Source: an uncultured Candidatus Saccharibacteria bacterium (GTDB taxonomy: Bacteria > Patescibacteriota > Minisyncoccia > UBA6257 > JACOXY01). From it: a stretch of DNA of 64,000 nt. Made by a program: the position numbers and the translations under genes. Location: contig CAYHMC010000001.1 in NCBI GenBank assembly GCA_964357615.1, forward strand, positions 2,602 through 66,601, written 5' to 3'. This document shows, piece after piece, positions 49,156 through 58,471 of this stretch; positions within the stretch are counted from its first letter, which is position 1, and every line of letters begins with the position of its first letter. Under the pieces are notes generated by a model. That model saw only the letters and a program-made list of their open reading frames with translations, ran no database searches and was not told the origin of the DNA.

Positions 49156-50190
49156 TTAAATATTAGTTGTATGTCTTGGAAAACGCGATTGATTATAGGC
49201 CTCAATTTCACTAAGTTTAAGAAGAGTAGTGGTATTTCCGGTTCGTATATAAAATTTTTCATCCCCATCAATTTTAAGATAAACTGGTCGATTGCTCTCT
49301 AGTGATTGGACAACGCACACCTCAACACCATCAATTTGATGGAATGATGCCGAAATTAAATGTCGAAACTCTGGCCCAATCATAGAATTAAAAACTTGAG
49401 TTAAATGGTTTTCAAATCCATCAGCATTTGGATGTTGGAGATGTGGGTAGTCGGCGTTAAGTCCAACTAGTTTTTTTTCATTGTTTATGCCGATAACCAA
49501 ATAGCCTCCTTTAGAATTTAAAAAACCAGCAATAGTTTTCATAGCTGTTTTCTCAAGATCTCGATTTATTTTGCCAGTTTTGTGGTCAAATCGAAGCGAA
49601 GACTTAAATTCTAGCTCATCGTTTTCATCATTAGAAAGAAGTTTTATTATGCTTGGTTTTTCGTCAAATGATTTTTTTATTATATTTTGCGCCTCAAAAG
49701 AGTGCGCTAAATTGCCTTCAATGGCTTGTTGAATGGTTTGTAAAAAAAGTTTAGGTTTAGAAATAGTATTTATGATTAATGCATTTTTGGTCGTGCTATT
49801 TTCAATGTACAGCGAACCGTAATGTAATAGTTTACCAAGGGGACTAATCGAGGCGGTTATAATTGCACCCTCTTTAAAATTAATTATTTTTTCTTTTTTA
49901 TATAAAACACCCCAAGAATGAGTTATAACACTTGGTTCTATGGAATATGTTTCCCGATACCAACTTAAAAACGCATAAATAGTAATAAAAAGTTGTGCGA
50001 GCGGTAGGAGTAATAATTTCAATGATTGATATGTAAAACTTTCAGAAAAGGGAAGTTGCGCATAAAGCTGATATTTATAAGAATCTAATGTGGTTCCAAA
50101 TAAATAAAGCGCAATAACTACTCCTTCGATTACAACTAGTGTTCGAATTAAAACAATTGGGCTACGCTTTGTAGTTACAGAATTTACCAT
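49156..50190 (-). CDS. Membrane bPH_2 domain fused to AlbA_2/Schlafen-like domain
   Basis: Two TM, LGKLLHYGSL (bPH_2-like); ELEFKSS, IAGFLNSKGGYLVIGI, FYIRTGNTT. Confidence 0.85.
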   Translation of the reverse strand: MVNSVTTKRSPIVLIRTLVVIEGVVIALYLFGTTLDSYKYQLYAQLPFSESFTYQSLKLLLLPLAQLFITIYAFLSWYRETYSIEPSVITHSWGVLYKKEKIINFKEGAIITASISPLGKLLHYGSLYIENSTTKNALIINTISKPKLFLQTIQQAIEGNLAHSFEAQNIIKKSFDEKPSIIKLLSNDENDELEFKSSLRFDHKTGKINRDLEKTAMKTIAGFLNSKGGYLVIGINNEKKLVGLNADYPHLQHPNADGFENHLTQVFNSMIGPEFRHLISASFHQIDGVEVCVVQSLESNRPVYLKIDGDEKFYIRTGNTTTLLKLSEIEAYNQSRFPRHTTNI

Positions 50191-50379
50191 GCAAAAATAG
50201 TCTACTATAGAAATAGATTGCTTTAAAGTCTATAAAATTACCTCGTATTTTTTATTTATTGATTCTTAAGAATCTTTTAAAACTAAAAAAACATAACTTA
50301 ACTTGAGAAGGGTTAATATGAAGAATATATTATTTAGGTATATTTGCCTAAGTAATATGTTCTGATATAATATTTTTAT

Positions 50380-51624
50380 ATGAATAACAATACAAAAATA
50401 GCAGGAGTGGCAGCGGTAGCAATTGTTGCTGGAATAATTATTTTTTTGCAAAATTTTGATGCAGGAAAAGTTGCGTGCGAAGATATTGCAGAAGCCCGAG
50501 CCAGTTTGCAGTCAGCGTACGATACAGGAGTATCTGCGAGTGTAGAGGTATATGCAGACGAAAAAGCGGCGATAGATGAGCGTCTAAGTGAGTGTCTAAG
50601 CGCTAAGCCGATTGATCCTTGTGCTGATGCGCAAAAAACACGAGATGCAGCCGTAGAAGCTTTTAACGGAATTCCTTCACCGCCGGACAATGCACCGCAC
50701 TCGGAATTTCAAACATATTTTAAGAAGCGTGATGATGCCTATAACAACTATAAAAAAGCAAAAGACGCTTTAAGTGAGTGCCGTGCGGCAAATCCGCCAA
50801 AACCCGACGTACCATATGAAAAATCTGATGCTAAAGCTTGTTTTGACGCTTACGACGCTGGAGTTGAAACAATCAGGAATACATTCGAGACCAATACGCA
50901 GGCAATGAAGACAGCGCTAAAAGCGGCGCTTACAGCATTAGACGCACGAGAGAAAGCATGTAACCCCCCAACCGGAAAAGAAAAGTTCACGGAATCCATT
51001 GGTGGCGACACATCTGGTAATGGTGATTCATCACAAACAAGCGTTCCAACAGAGATTTTAAACTGCAGGCCCATTAATGAAAATTTGGATACAGAATTGC
51101 TTGCACTGCGCCAAAGGGCGGCAGCTATTCCTGGTGAGATTCAGGCAGTGCAAACTAGCATAGACAATATAAAAAAGCGAATGAGCCCATTACAGCGTGA
51201 TTTGGGGGAAGTTGATACATACATTCCACCCGAGAGTACAAAGACACAGTTTGAGGGTGCGCTAAACGCTCTTCGAGCAGAACGCAAGGTATCTATTGAA
51301 TCGGCCCTTGAATTTTATAAGAACCTACTTACAAGAAAAGAAGCAGAAAAAGCTAAGCTACAAGAAGAATTGAGTGATTTAGAGGTTAAAATTAGGGCAC
51401 GTCTTCTGCAAATAAGGAAAGAAAATGAGACGAGAGCAAGAAGCTTCCCAACCAATGTGCACCTCGCAAAGCCAGATAAATGTGAGTACTATCATTGCCA
51501 TGGAATGCTTTGTGGACGGCCGGATCCTGAGCAGGATGGTTGTGGTCATGGAGCAACTACCCAAGATGATGTTGATTGTAAGAAATTTATTGATTCGTAC
51601 CTAAAAGCTGCTGGAGCAAATTAA
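50380..51624 (+). CDS. Membrane-anchored Cys-rich helical/coiled-coil protein
   Basis: N-terminal TM, spaced cysteines, C-terminal CEYYHCHGMLC...C...C; GC visibly above neighbours. Confidence 0.75.
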   Translation: MNNNTKIAGVAAVAIVAGIIIFLQNFDAGKVACEDIAEARASLQSAYDTGVSASVEVYADEKAAIDERLSECLSAKPIDPCADAQKTRDAAVEAFNGIPSPPDNAPHSEFQTYFKKRDDAYNNYKKAKDALSECRAANPPKPDVPYEKSDAKACFDAYDAGVETIRNTFETNTQAMKTALKAALTALDAREKACNPPTGKEKFTESIGGDTSGNGDSSQTSVPTEILNCRPINENLDTELLALRQRAAAIPGEIQAVQTSIDNIKKRMSPLQRDLGEVDTYIPPESTKTQFEGALNALRAERKVSIESALEFYKNLLTRKEAEKAKLQEELSDLEVKIRARLLQIRKENETRARSFPTNVHLAKPDKCEYYHCHGMLCGRPDPEQDGCGHGATTQDDVDCKKFIDSYLKAAGAN

Positions 51625-51648
51625 AAACTGAATTGCAATTAAATCGTA

Positions 51649-51679
51649 AAAAAATAATACCCGACGGGTATTATTTTTT
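51649..51679. terminator. Bidirectional terminator
   Basis: AAAAAATAATACCCG-A-CGGGTATTATTTTTT between convergent genes. Confidence 0.85.
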
Positions 51680-51807
51680 ATTGTTTGTACAGTCTTTTGT
51701 TTATTTTTTTTGTTCCATTAATGCTACTGAAATTTTTAGTTCTTTTCCTTGCCAATAGGCTGTATTTATGGCCATACTAATCGTGTTATTTATTGATTAA
51801 GTTATAT

Positions 51808-53274
51808 TTATTTTACTAATTTTTTGACTTCTAGGAGTAAGCGTTCGATTTCTTCAATTTTTCGATTAACTTGCGCTTTGCTATCTCCTTCTTTTATAGT
51901 TGGGATTAAACCTTTTGAAATAAATGATTTTAGTTCACTTTCGTTTTTCATATCTACTACTACATTTGTTCTTGTGTTTAGTAATACGGTTGAGGCAATG
52001 CCAGCGGCGTCGTGTGGAATTATCGAAAGGAGCCAATATAAATCATCACCAATTTTTATTGGTCTTGGCTCTGAGAGATTAAATATATTCCAGTCATAGG
52101 TCGGAAATTCTTTTTTAATATAATCTGCTGCCGCAATTGGTCCAGTGAGCTGAGATTTTGCATCATACTCAATTATTTCTCGCTTGCCAGTTGTGGCATC
52201 AAAAATAAAAATCTTGTAAATGCCATATGATTGGCCATAAGGCTCTGCTACTACAAGTTGTTTAAATCCTTCAGTTGTTGCTACATGAAAAATATTCTCA
52301 TCTCCCGGGAGACTTACGATTTCTGTTTGATTTTCATGTAAAAACCATTTATTTATAAGGCCACCCAAATACGCGTATGAATGCGAATAGAATTCTACAA
52401 TTTCTTTCGGATGAATTCTGTTACCCTTCAAATAGCTAATGTTGCTTGCTTCCTCTGGAGACAAATCATCAATTTTACCATCACCGTGAACAACCATCAC
52501 GCCAGCCCAATATGGTACTCGAAAAATAATTCCGCGATATGAAATGTAGGGCACAATAGTTACCCATTCCTTTTCATCATTTTTAATAAATATTGGTTCT
52601 TTGCTGTAACTGACAAAATATTTTTTAAGTGGAAGTTGAAAATAAATATTATCAAAAATTCCTATTCCGTCAGCATATTTAAATTCTGCGTTTTCAATGT
52701 CTACTTTTCTTTCTAGCGTATCAACATCAACCGTTACAAAGCCACTAAGTTTTTTTAGAAAATAAAGTATTCCACCATCTGGAAGTCTAGGGAATATGCG
52801 CTTAAGTTTGCCATCTACAAGAATAATTTGTGAATCACCTAGGTATTCTTGTGGATTCTGAAATGTGTCATCAGCATATCGTTTTGCCACTGCTTTTGGG
52901 GTGAGCCGTAGTGGTTCAAATTTAGGAACATCGGCACGCTTTTCATATTTGATATTGTTTGCGGTTATTGAAAAGAGAATTTCACTTTCAAGGCTCAAAA
53001 GCATAGATAGGGTTAGTAGTGCAATTACATACAACTTAGCCGAATTATTATTTCGAGGTGGAATTCTAAGCGTATAATTATTTTCTCCATTTTTTTCGAA
53101 AAATATTCCAATTTTAACAAAAAAACGCCAAATACTATAAAGAAGTGTTAAAATAAAAATAAAACGAAGTGGACTAGAAACTAACACCATTACAATTGGA
53201 TGAAAAAAAGGTCTAAGTAGCCAGCCCATAATAAATAGAGTAATAATTGGAATTAAAAATTTATATTTTTTCAT
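51808..53274 (-). CDS. Hypothetical membrane protein with large soluble domain
   Basis: 488-aa ORF with three N-terminal hydrophobic segments. Confidence 0.7.
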   Translation of the reverse strand: MKKYKFLIPIITLFIMGWLLRPFFHPIVMVLVSSPLRFIFILTLLYSIWRFFVKIGIFFEKNGENNYTLRIPPRNNNSAKLYVIALLTLSMLLSLESEILFSITANNIKYEKRADVPKFEPLRLTPKAVAKRYADDTFQNPQEYLGDSQIILVDGKLKRIFPRLPDGGILYFLKKLSGFVTVDVDTLERKVDIENAEFKYADGIGIFDNIYFQLPLKKYFVSYSKEPIFIKNDEKEWVTIVPYISYRGIIFRVPYWAGVMVVHGDGKIDDLSPEEASNISYLKGNRIHPKEIVEFYSHSYAYLGGLINKWFLHENQTEIVSLPGDENIFHVATTEGFKQLVVAEPYGQSYGIYKIFIFDATTGKREIIEYDAKSQLTGPIAAADYIKKEFPTYDWNIFNLSEPRPIKIGDDLYWLLSIIPHDAAGIASTVLLNTRTNVVVDMKNESELKSFISKGLIPTIKEGDSKAQVNRKIEEIERLLLEVKKLVK

Positions 53275-53283
53275 AATAGTTTC

Positions 53284-54174
53284 TTAACCATTGTACGCTT
53301 CTTCTAGTTTTTTAATATCAAACTTTTTCATTTTAAGAAAAGCTTGAGTCACTTTTTCAATTTGTTCTTTGCTTCCGTTCGCCATCATATCATTCATTGC
53401 AGTTGGAACAATTTGCCAAGAGACGCCAAACTTGTCTTTCAACCAGCCACACTGTTCTGCTTCTGGTATTGCTGACAATTTGCCCCAATAGTTATCAATT
53501 TCTTCTTGGGTATCGCAGTTAATGATAAAAGATATCGCTTCATTAAAAACAAATTCATGCGGACCAGAACTATCCATTGCCATAAAGTTTTGACCAGCGA
53601 GTGTAAAGCGTGAGTGCTTAATAAATCCTTCTTTGTCACCTTCGCCAGCGGCATAGGGCACAGTCATTTCTATTTTTGAATCTGGAAAAATACTCGTATA
53701 CATATCCATTGCTTCTTTGGCTTTTCCTGCGTGTTCTTTTGTAAACATAAGCATGGGAGTAATTTTCTGGGTCATTTGATGATTATCGCTCCATGAAAGT
53801 TGCCATGTTAGGCCGTATTTATCTTGTAGCCAACCGTATTTTTTTGCCCATGGATAAGTATCGTATGGCATCAAGGCTTTACCGCCCTCAATTAGTTTAT
53901 TCCAAACGGTTTCAATATCTTTCTCGTTATCAAAAATCGTAAACATTGATATTGAAGGATTTATTTTAAAATATGGCCCTGCGCTAATAGCCATAAAATC
54001 TTGACTAGCAAGTTTAAAAGTTACAATGTCGCAGTCGCCGGACGGTGTGCCTGTGATTGTTTTTGTGTTAATAATTTTTGAATCAGAAAAAAGCGAAACA
54101 TAAAAAGCCGTAGCTTCCTTTGCTTCTTTATCAAACCAAAAATGAGTAAGTATTTTTTGTTTACCCTGAATCAT
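53284..54174 (-). CDS. Two-domain VOC/PhnB (3-demethylubiquinone-9 3-methyltransferase-like) protein
   Basis: QKILTHFWF...YGWLQDKYGLTWQ and QKITPMLMF...CGWLKDKFGVSWQ. Confidence 0.93.
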   Translation of the reverse strand: MIQGKQKILTHFWFDKEAKEATAFYVSLFSDSKIINTKTITGTPSGDCDIVTFKLASQDFMAISAGPYFKINPSISMFTIFDNEKDIETVWNKLIEGGKALMPYDTYPWAKKYGWLQDKYGLTWQLSWSDNHQMTQKITPMLMFTKEHAGKAKEAMDMYTSIFPDSKIEMTVPYAAGEGDKEGFIKHSRFTLAGQNFMAMDSSGPHEFVFNEAISFIINCDTQEEIDNYWGKLSAIPEAEQCGWLKDKFGVSWQIVPTAMNDMMANGSKEQIEKVTQAFLKMKKFDIKKLEEAYNG

Positions 54175-54206
54175 ATTGAAGGGTTACCATGAATTTGTTG
54201 AATGGG
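54161..54206. repeat. Two tandem degenerate 23-bp REP-like hairpins at the VOC gene start
   Basis: TTACCCTGAATCATATTGAAGGG and TTACCATGAATTTGTTGAATGGG. Confidence 0.65.
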
Positions 54207-54307
54207 CATATTAATATATTTTATTAATTTAATAATTAGTTTATCAAGAAATAAGTATATATACCACAAGCTATCCAAGGCTACACAAAATGGTATTATT
54301 AGTATAA

Positions 54308-54865
54308 ATGGCTAATTTTGAAATAAAACAATCTAATGAAGGCGACGATTCAAATCCAATAGAAAATAGAAACGAGGCTCTTGTGGTCCCTGAAAATATT
54401 ACAGATACTCCTCTCGAAGAAAAATCACCAGAAGAAAAATTGGTTACAGATGATTTTAGATTGGCTACAGAAGGCAAGTCTTTTGAAGAGGGGCGCGATG
54501 CTTTGTTTGAATTGTTGAATAAAATTGGGGAAATAAAAGGAAAAAGCGGATATTATACCGCGGAGCAGTTAAAAGATAGAATTAACAAAGTTTTTAGTGG
54601 CGAGCTTAATGTTGGCTCTATTACGCGCTTCGGTGATTTAAGGGGAGTGGTGGGGACACTTTTTGTAAAGAAACTTGAGGAAACCAGAATAGAAAAATTA
54701 AAAGAAGAAATTGTAGGAGAACCAAGTAATGTAGCGCAAAGAGAAGAAAGAATTTCCCCACAAGAATTATTTAAAGGAGAAGACGAAGCGCACGAAAGAG
54801 AACTATTAGAATTAAAGTCTAGGGAAAGGCCTTCATTATTAGAGCGCTTTAAAAAACTATTTTAA
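54308..54865 (+). CDS. Acidic hypothetical protein
   Basis: 185-aa ORF preceded by TGnTATTAT. Confidence 0.65.
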   Translation: MANFEIKQSNEGDDSNPIENRNEALVVPENITDTPLEEKSPEEKLVTDDFRLATEGKSFEEGRDALFELLNKIGEIKGKSGYYTAEQLKDRINKVFSGELNVGSITRFGDLRGVVGTLFVKKLEETRIEKLKEEIVGEPSNVAQREERISPQELFKGEDEAHERELLELKSRERPSLLERFKKLF

Positions 54866-54991
54866 GTTGGATTTAAGAAATTCTAAAGTTTTCGCCCAGG
54901 CGTCTTTTGTTTCGTTTGGTGCATAGTTTGCGCCAGATGGATTTGCAAAGGCATGACCAAAAATATATAAAGTTAAAGTTTTTTTATTCAT
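54857..54991 (-). pseudogene. Dienelactone hydrolase remnant (44 aa)
   Basis: Minus strand reads MNKKTLTLYIFGHAFANPSGANYAPNETKDAWAKTLEFLKSNLK; GHAF...AW..TLEFL matches the DLH C-terminus. Confidence 0.75.
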
Positions 54992-55098
54992 AATTTATTT
55001 ATTATAACACAAAACCCACTAGCTTTATAAAAAACAAAGAGTTCGCTTTCGCAAACCCTTTGTAATAATAAAATCTATTTAGAATTTAACACACTTTA

Positions 55099-56217
55099 TT
55101 ATGGCTTTGTCTTGAAAGTTACAATACTTCCACGAACAACACCATATTCATTTTGTGCTGCAACTCGATAGAAATATTTAGTGTCTTTTTTCAAGCCTGT
55201 AATTTCTAGTGATACTTTTGTATTTCCATCATTCGCATCAAGCGAGTCGGTAGGGGATTCGGTACCAATAATTATTGTAAGAAGTGCGTCTGTTCCGTAT
55301 TCAAACCAATATGTGGTTGGTGCACCATTTGGATTAACCCGGCCATTAACCTTGGTTGATGTAGATGAAATGTTTGTAGCTGCATCGGTGCTTACTATTG
55401 GTTGATCTGGTGCCGGCGGTCCTTTGGTAGTAAAGCTTAAAACTGATCCTACTACTGTACCGTATTGGTTTTGTGCATTAAGCCGGAAGTAATATTTCGT
55501 AAGGGGTCTAAGATTAGTTAGTGGTATCGAAACATTAGTTGCAGTATTTCCATCACCTACTGATCTAAGCTCTGTCACGTTTCCAAAATTTGCAGTCTTG
55601 TCATATTCAAACCAATATGTGGTTAGTGATCCGCGAGGATTTACTTGGCCATTCACATCTGCACTGTTGCGTTCAACTTCAGTTGCGGCATTAGTACGTG
55701 CTGTTGGCACTGTTGCTTGTGGTGGGGGATTGTTATTGGTTTTAAAGCTATAGGTTGCTCCGTTTACTGTGCTGTACTGATTTTTTGCACTTAAACGAAA
55801 ATAATAAGTTACATTTGCTTTAAGGCCGGTAATGTATCCTGGTGCCGGAATTGAAATAAATCCGGAACCTAAAACCTGAGTGGCGGTGCGAGTGCCAAGA
55901 GCCGTGCTTTCTCCATATTCATACCAGTATTCTGTCGAGGCTCCACTTGGAGTTACACGACCGGTCACAACCGCAGTAGAGTTTGATGGAGTTGCTTTTG
56001 AATCGGTTTCTACTTTGGGTGCTTCTGCTATTGGTGGTGGAGGCGGTATTTTTGTTGACGGCGAAAGAATTGTAGTTTCTGGTGAAGTTGACGTTTCTGG
56101 TAATGGAGAAACCCGCAGTGTTTCATCAATGGGCATCATTCCATTATTCATGTAAACAAATAGTAATGCCAGAATGGCAACTACTATGACTGAACTATAA
56201 ATTAAATTTTTATTCAT
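55099..56217 (-). CDS. Membrane-anchored protein with three FN3-like repeats
   Basis: Three copies of G.V.P.G..T.YW(F/Y)EY...L....YY(F/Y)R..A.N.YG. Confidence 0.85.
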   Translation of the reverse strand: MNKNLIYSSVIVVAILALLFVYMNNGMMPIDETLRVSPLPETSTSPETTILSPSTKIPPPPPIAEAPKVETDSKATPSNSTAVVTGRVTPSGASTEYWYEYGESTALGTRTATQVLGSGFISIPAPGYITGLKANVTYYFRLSAKNQYSTVNGATYSFKTNNNPPPQATVPTARTNAATEVERNSADVNGQVNPRGSLTTYWFEYDKTANFGNVTELRSVGDGNTATNVSIPLTNLRPLTKYYFRLNAQNQYGTVVGSVLSFTTKGPPAPDQPIVSTDAATNISSTSTKVNGRVNPNGAPTTYWFEYGTDALLTIIIGTESPTDSLDANDGNTKVSLEITGLKKDTKYFYRVAAQNEYGVVRGSIVTFKTKP

Positions 56218-56269
56218 ATTTTTTTGTAATTAATTATATTTTTCCGACCTTTTATTTCTGATTCTGAAT

Positions 56270-57619
56270 TTATTGTAAACGTGCTCTGGTAATTGGACCA
56301 AAATATCCTGTTGTTGGAATTCCATAAGCCTTTTGATATTCAATAAGAGCAGTTTTTGTTAAAGAGCCAAAATACCCGGTTGCACCGGACTTTGAAAGTA
56401 GAATTGCGGCCGGACCCCTATTTGCTTTTATGAGTAATTCTTGAAGCAATTTAACATCATTGCCTTCTGCTCCGATTTCAAGATCGCGATTTAATGAAGT
56501 TGAAGTAGTTGTACTGCTTACTGTAGAATTCAGAATACTTGTATTCAATTTTATTGACCCATTGGTTAAGAGATAAATAAAATGTTCTCTGGTTAGTGGT
56601 CCAAAATTTCCACTTGAAGGGACAATAACAACCGCAGTTTGATATTCAGCCAATGCTGATTTTGTTAGTGACCCAAAATATCCGGTTATTCCTGTTCTAG
56701 TTAATAATCTGCCGTAAGGGCCAACGGCAGTTTTAATTAAAAATTCTTGCAATAATTTTACGTTTGTTCCCGAAGAGCCAAAAGGCATTTCTTTTTTAAG
56801 AAGTGCAATTTGCCCAACCACTTTAGCTTCTTCAAAAACTTTTAAAATCATAGACGGCAAGGCGATATTAGATTTTTGTGCCTCAAGAAAAAGATTTTTT
56901 TCCTCAATAATTAATTTTTGTGCTAAAGCATGCGCATCATCAGAGCCATTCAAAATTCTATTCAAAGAGTCAATTTTTTCGGCAAGAGAGAATTCTAAAG
57001 TAAGACGCGGAAATGGGTTTATGGCTGTGCCTCTAGCATAAATGCCAAAGTGCAAATGAGTTGGTCCACCAGCTGCGTTTCCGGTGTTGCCAACATAACC
57101 GATAAGATCGCCGGTTTTTAGAATCTGTCCGGATTGTATGTTTTTAGGAATGGCATCAAGATGAGCGTAGTAATATCTTTCTCCTCCCGCAGTATAAGTG
57201 TATACATAATTACCACCATTGCTTCCATATCCAGTTCTACCTACAACTGCGTCTACAGGAGAAACTATAAATGCTCCGCGTGGGGATAAGATGTCTGTTC
57301 CTTCGTGAGTTCTGCCGTTTGCGCGCGCATCTCCCCAAGTATCATAAATATCTCTTAACGATACATTTAGTAATATTGGAATACGAATGTTTGAAGCTGG
57401 GCTACTGCCAAGAGAATTCATTTTATTTCTTAAGTCGTTATTTATCTGGAAACTAGAAGAATTTCTCTCTTCGTCCGGATTTGGCGGAGTAACAGGTGTT
57501 GGGGTGTTTGATTGGGCATTGGTTTTTATATAACCAAAAAAAGCCAGCAATATTAGAAATATAGCTAAAAATTGATAGACCATGAATTTAGGTCTTTTTT
57601 CAAAAAAACGTATAAGCAT
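56270..57619 (-). CDS. M23 family peptidase with two peptidoglycan-binding domains
   Basis: HEGTD, YAHL, VGNTGNA, HLHFG; two VKLLQ...TGYFGSLTK repeats. Confidence 0.92.
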   Translation of the reverse strand: MLIRFFEKRPKFMVYQFLAIFLILLAFFGYIKTNAQSNTPTPVTPPNPDEERNSSSFQINNDLRNKMNSLGSSPASNIRIPILLNVSLRDIYDTWGDARANGRTHEGTDILSPRGAFIVSPVDAVVGRTGYGSNGGNYVYTYTAGGERYYYAHLDAIPKNIQSGQILKTGDLIGYVGNTGNAAGGPTHLHFGIYARGTAINPFPRLTLEFSLAEKIDSLNRILNGSDDAHALAQKLIIEEKNLFLEAQKSNIALPSMILKVFEEAKVVGQIALLKKEMPFGSSGTNVKLLQEFLIKTAVGPYGRLLTRTGITGYFGSLTKSALAEYQTAVVIVPSSGNFGPLTREHFIYLLTNGSIKLNTSILNSTVSSTTTSTSLNRDLEIGAEGNDVKLLQELLIKANRGPAAILLSKSGATGYFGSLTKTALIEYQKAYGIPTTGYFGPITRARLQ

Positions 57620-57705
57620 ATCTTATTATGTATAATATATGACGAAACAAATCATATTATATGACATAAGCCCTAATGAGAGTTTTTGTCCTGCTATTAC
57701 TTAAG

Positions 57706-58419
57706 TTAATATCCTGTAAATTCCTCGCTTCTTATATCGTTATCGTTTATGCCGGCATCACTTAAAACTTTTCTCATGGCAAAAACCATAACTGCTGGAC
57801 CAGACATGTAATAAATTGGAGAATTTAAATCTGGAAGATATTTCATAAGCATTTCTTTATTAATGTATCCGGTCTCACCGCTCCACGATTCTTTAGAATC
57901 TTCCATATTGGTCATTGTGGCAATCAATTTAAAGTTTTTATTTTTTTCTTCAAGTTCTTTTAATTCTGTTAGAAATACAGCATCTTCTGGGCGACGATTT
58001 GAATAAAAAAGAAAAAGTTTATGTGGTAAATTACGAATTGTTGCGTCCACTATCATTGACCTAATTGGTGTAACACCAACTCCACCAATAAGAAATACTG
58101 CGGGTCGTGAAGTATTATTTTGAAGTGTAAAATCGCCAAACGGACCTTCCAAAGTTAGGGGATTACCATCTGGTAATTTCTGTAGCACTCGCTTAAAAGC
58201 CGTATCTCTTAGTCTTGTTGTAATTTTGAGATAGTCTTCTTCTGGTGCGCTTGAAAGCGAATAAGCTCTTTTATTTCCTTCCGCATCTGTCTCTGGTGGG
58301 TTAATAAGAAAAAGATCAATCGATTGACCTGCTTTATAAATAAATCCTTCTGGTTTTTTTAAATAAACAGAAAGCGTTCCTTCTGCTTCCATTTCTTTTT
58401 TAATAATTTGTGTATCCAT
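57706..58419 (-). CDS. FNR-like FAD/NAD(P)H oxidoreductase
   Basis: RAYSLSS, EGPFG, GGVGVTP, SGP, EEFTGY. Confidence 0.92.
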   Translation of the reverse strand: MDTQIIKKEMEAEGTLSVYLKKPEGFIYKAGQSIDLFLINPPETDAEGNKRAYSLSSAPEEDYLKITTRLRDTAFKRVLQKLPDGNPLTLEGPFGDFTLQNNTSRPAVFLIGGVGVTPIRSMIVDATIRNLPHKLFLFYSNRRPEDAVFLTELKELEEKNKNFKLIATMTNMEDSKESWSGETGYINKEMLMKYLPDLNSPIYYMSGPAVMVFAMRKVLSDAGINDNDIRSEEFTGY

Positions 58420-58471
58420 ATTTTAGATTAATTTTAATTATTATACCCTAAAAAATAACATCGCAAGGGTG

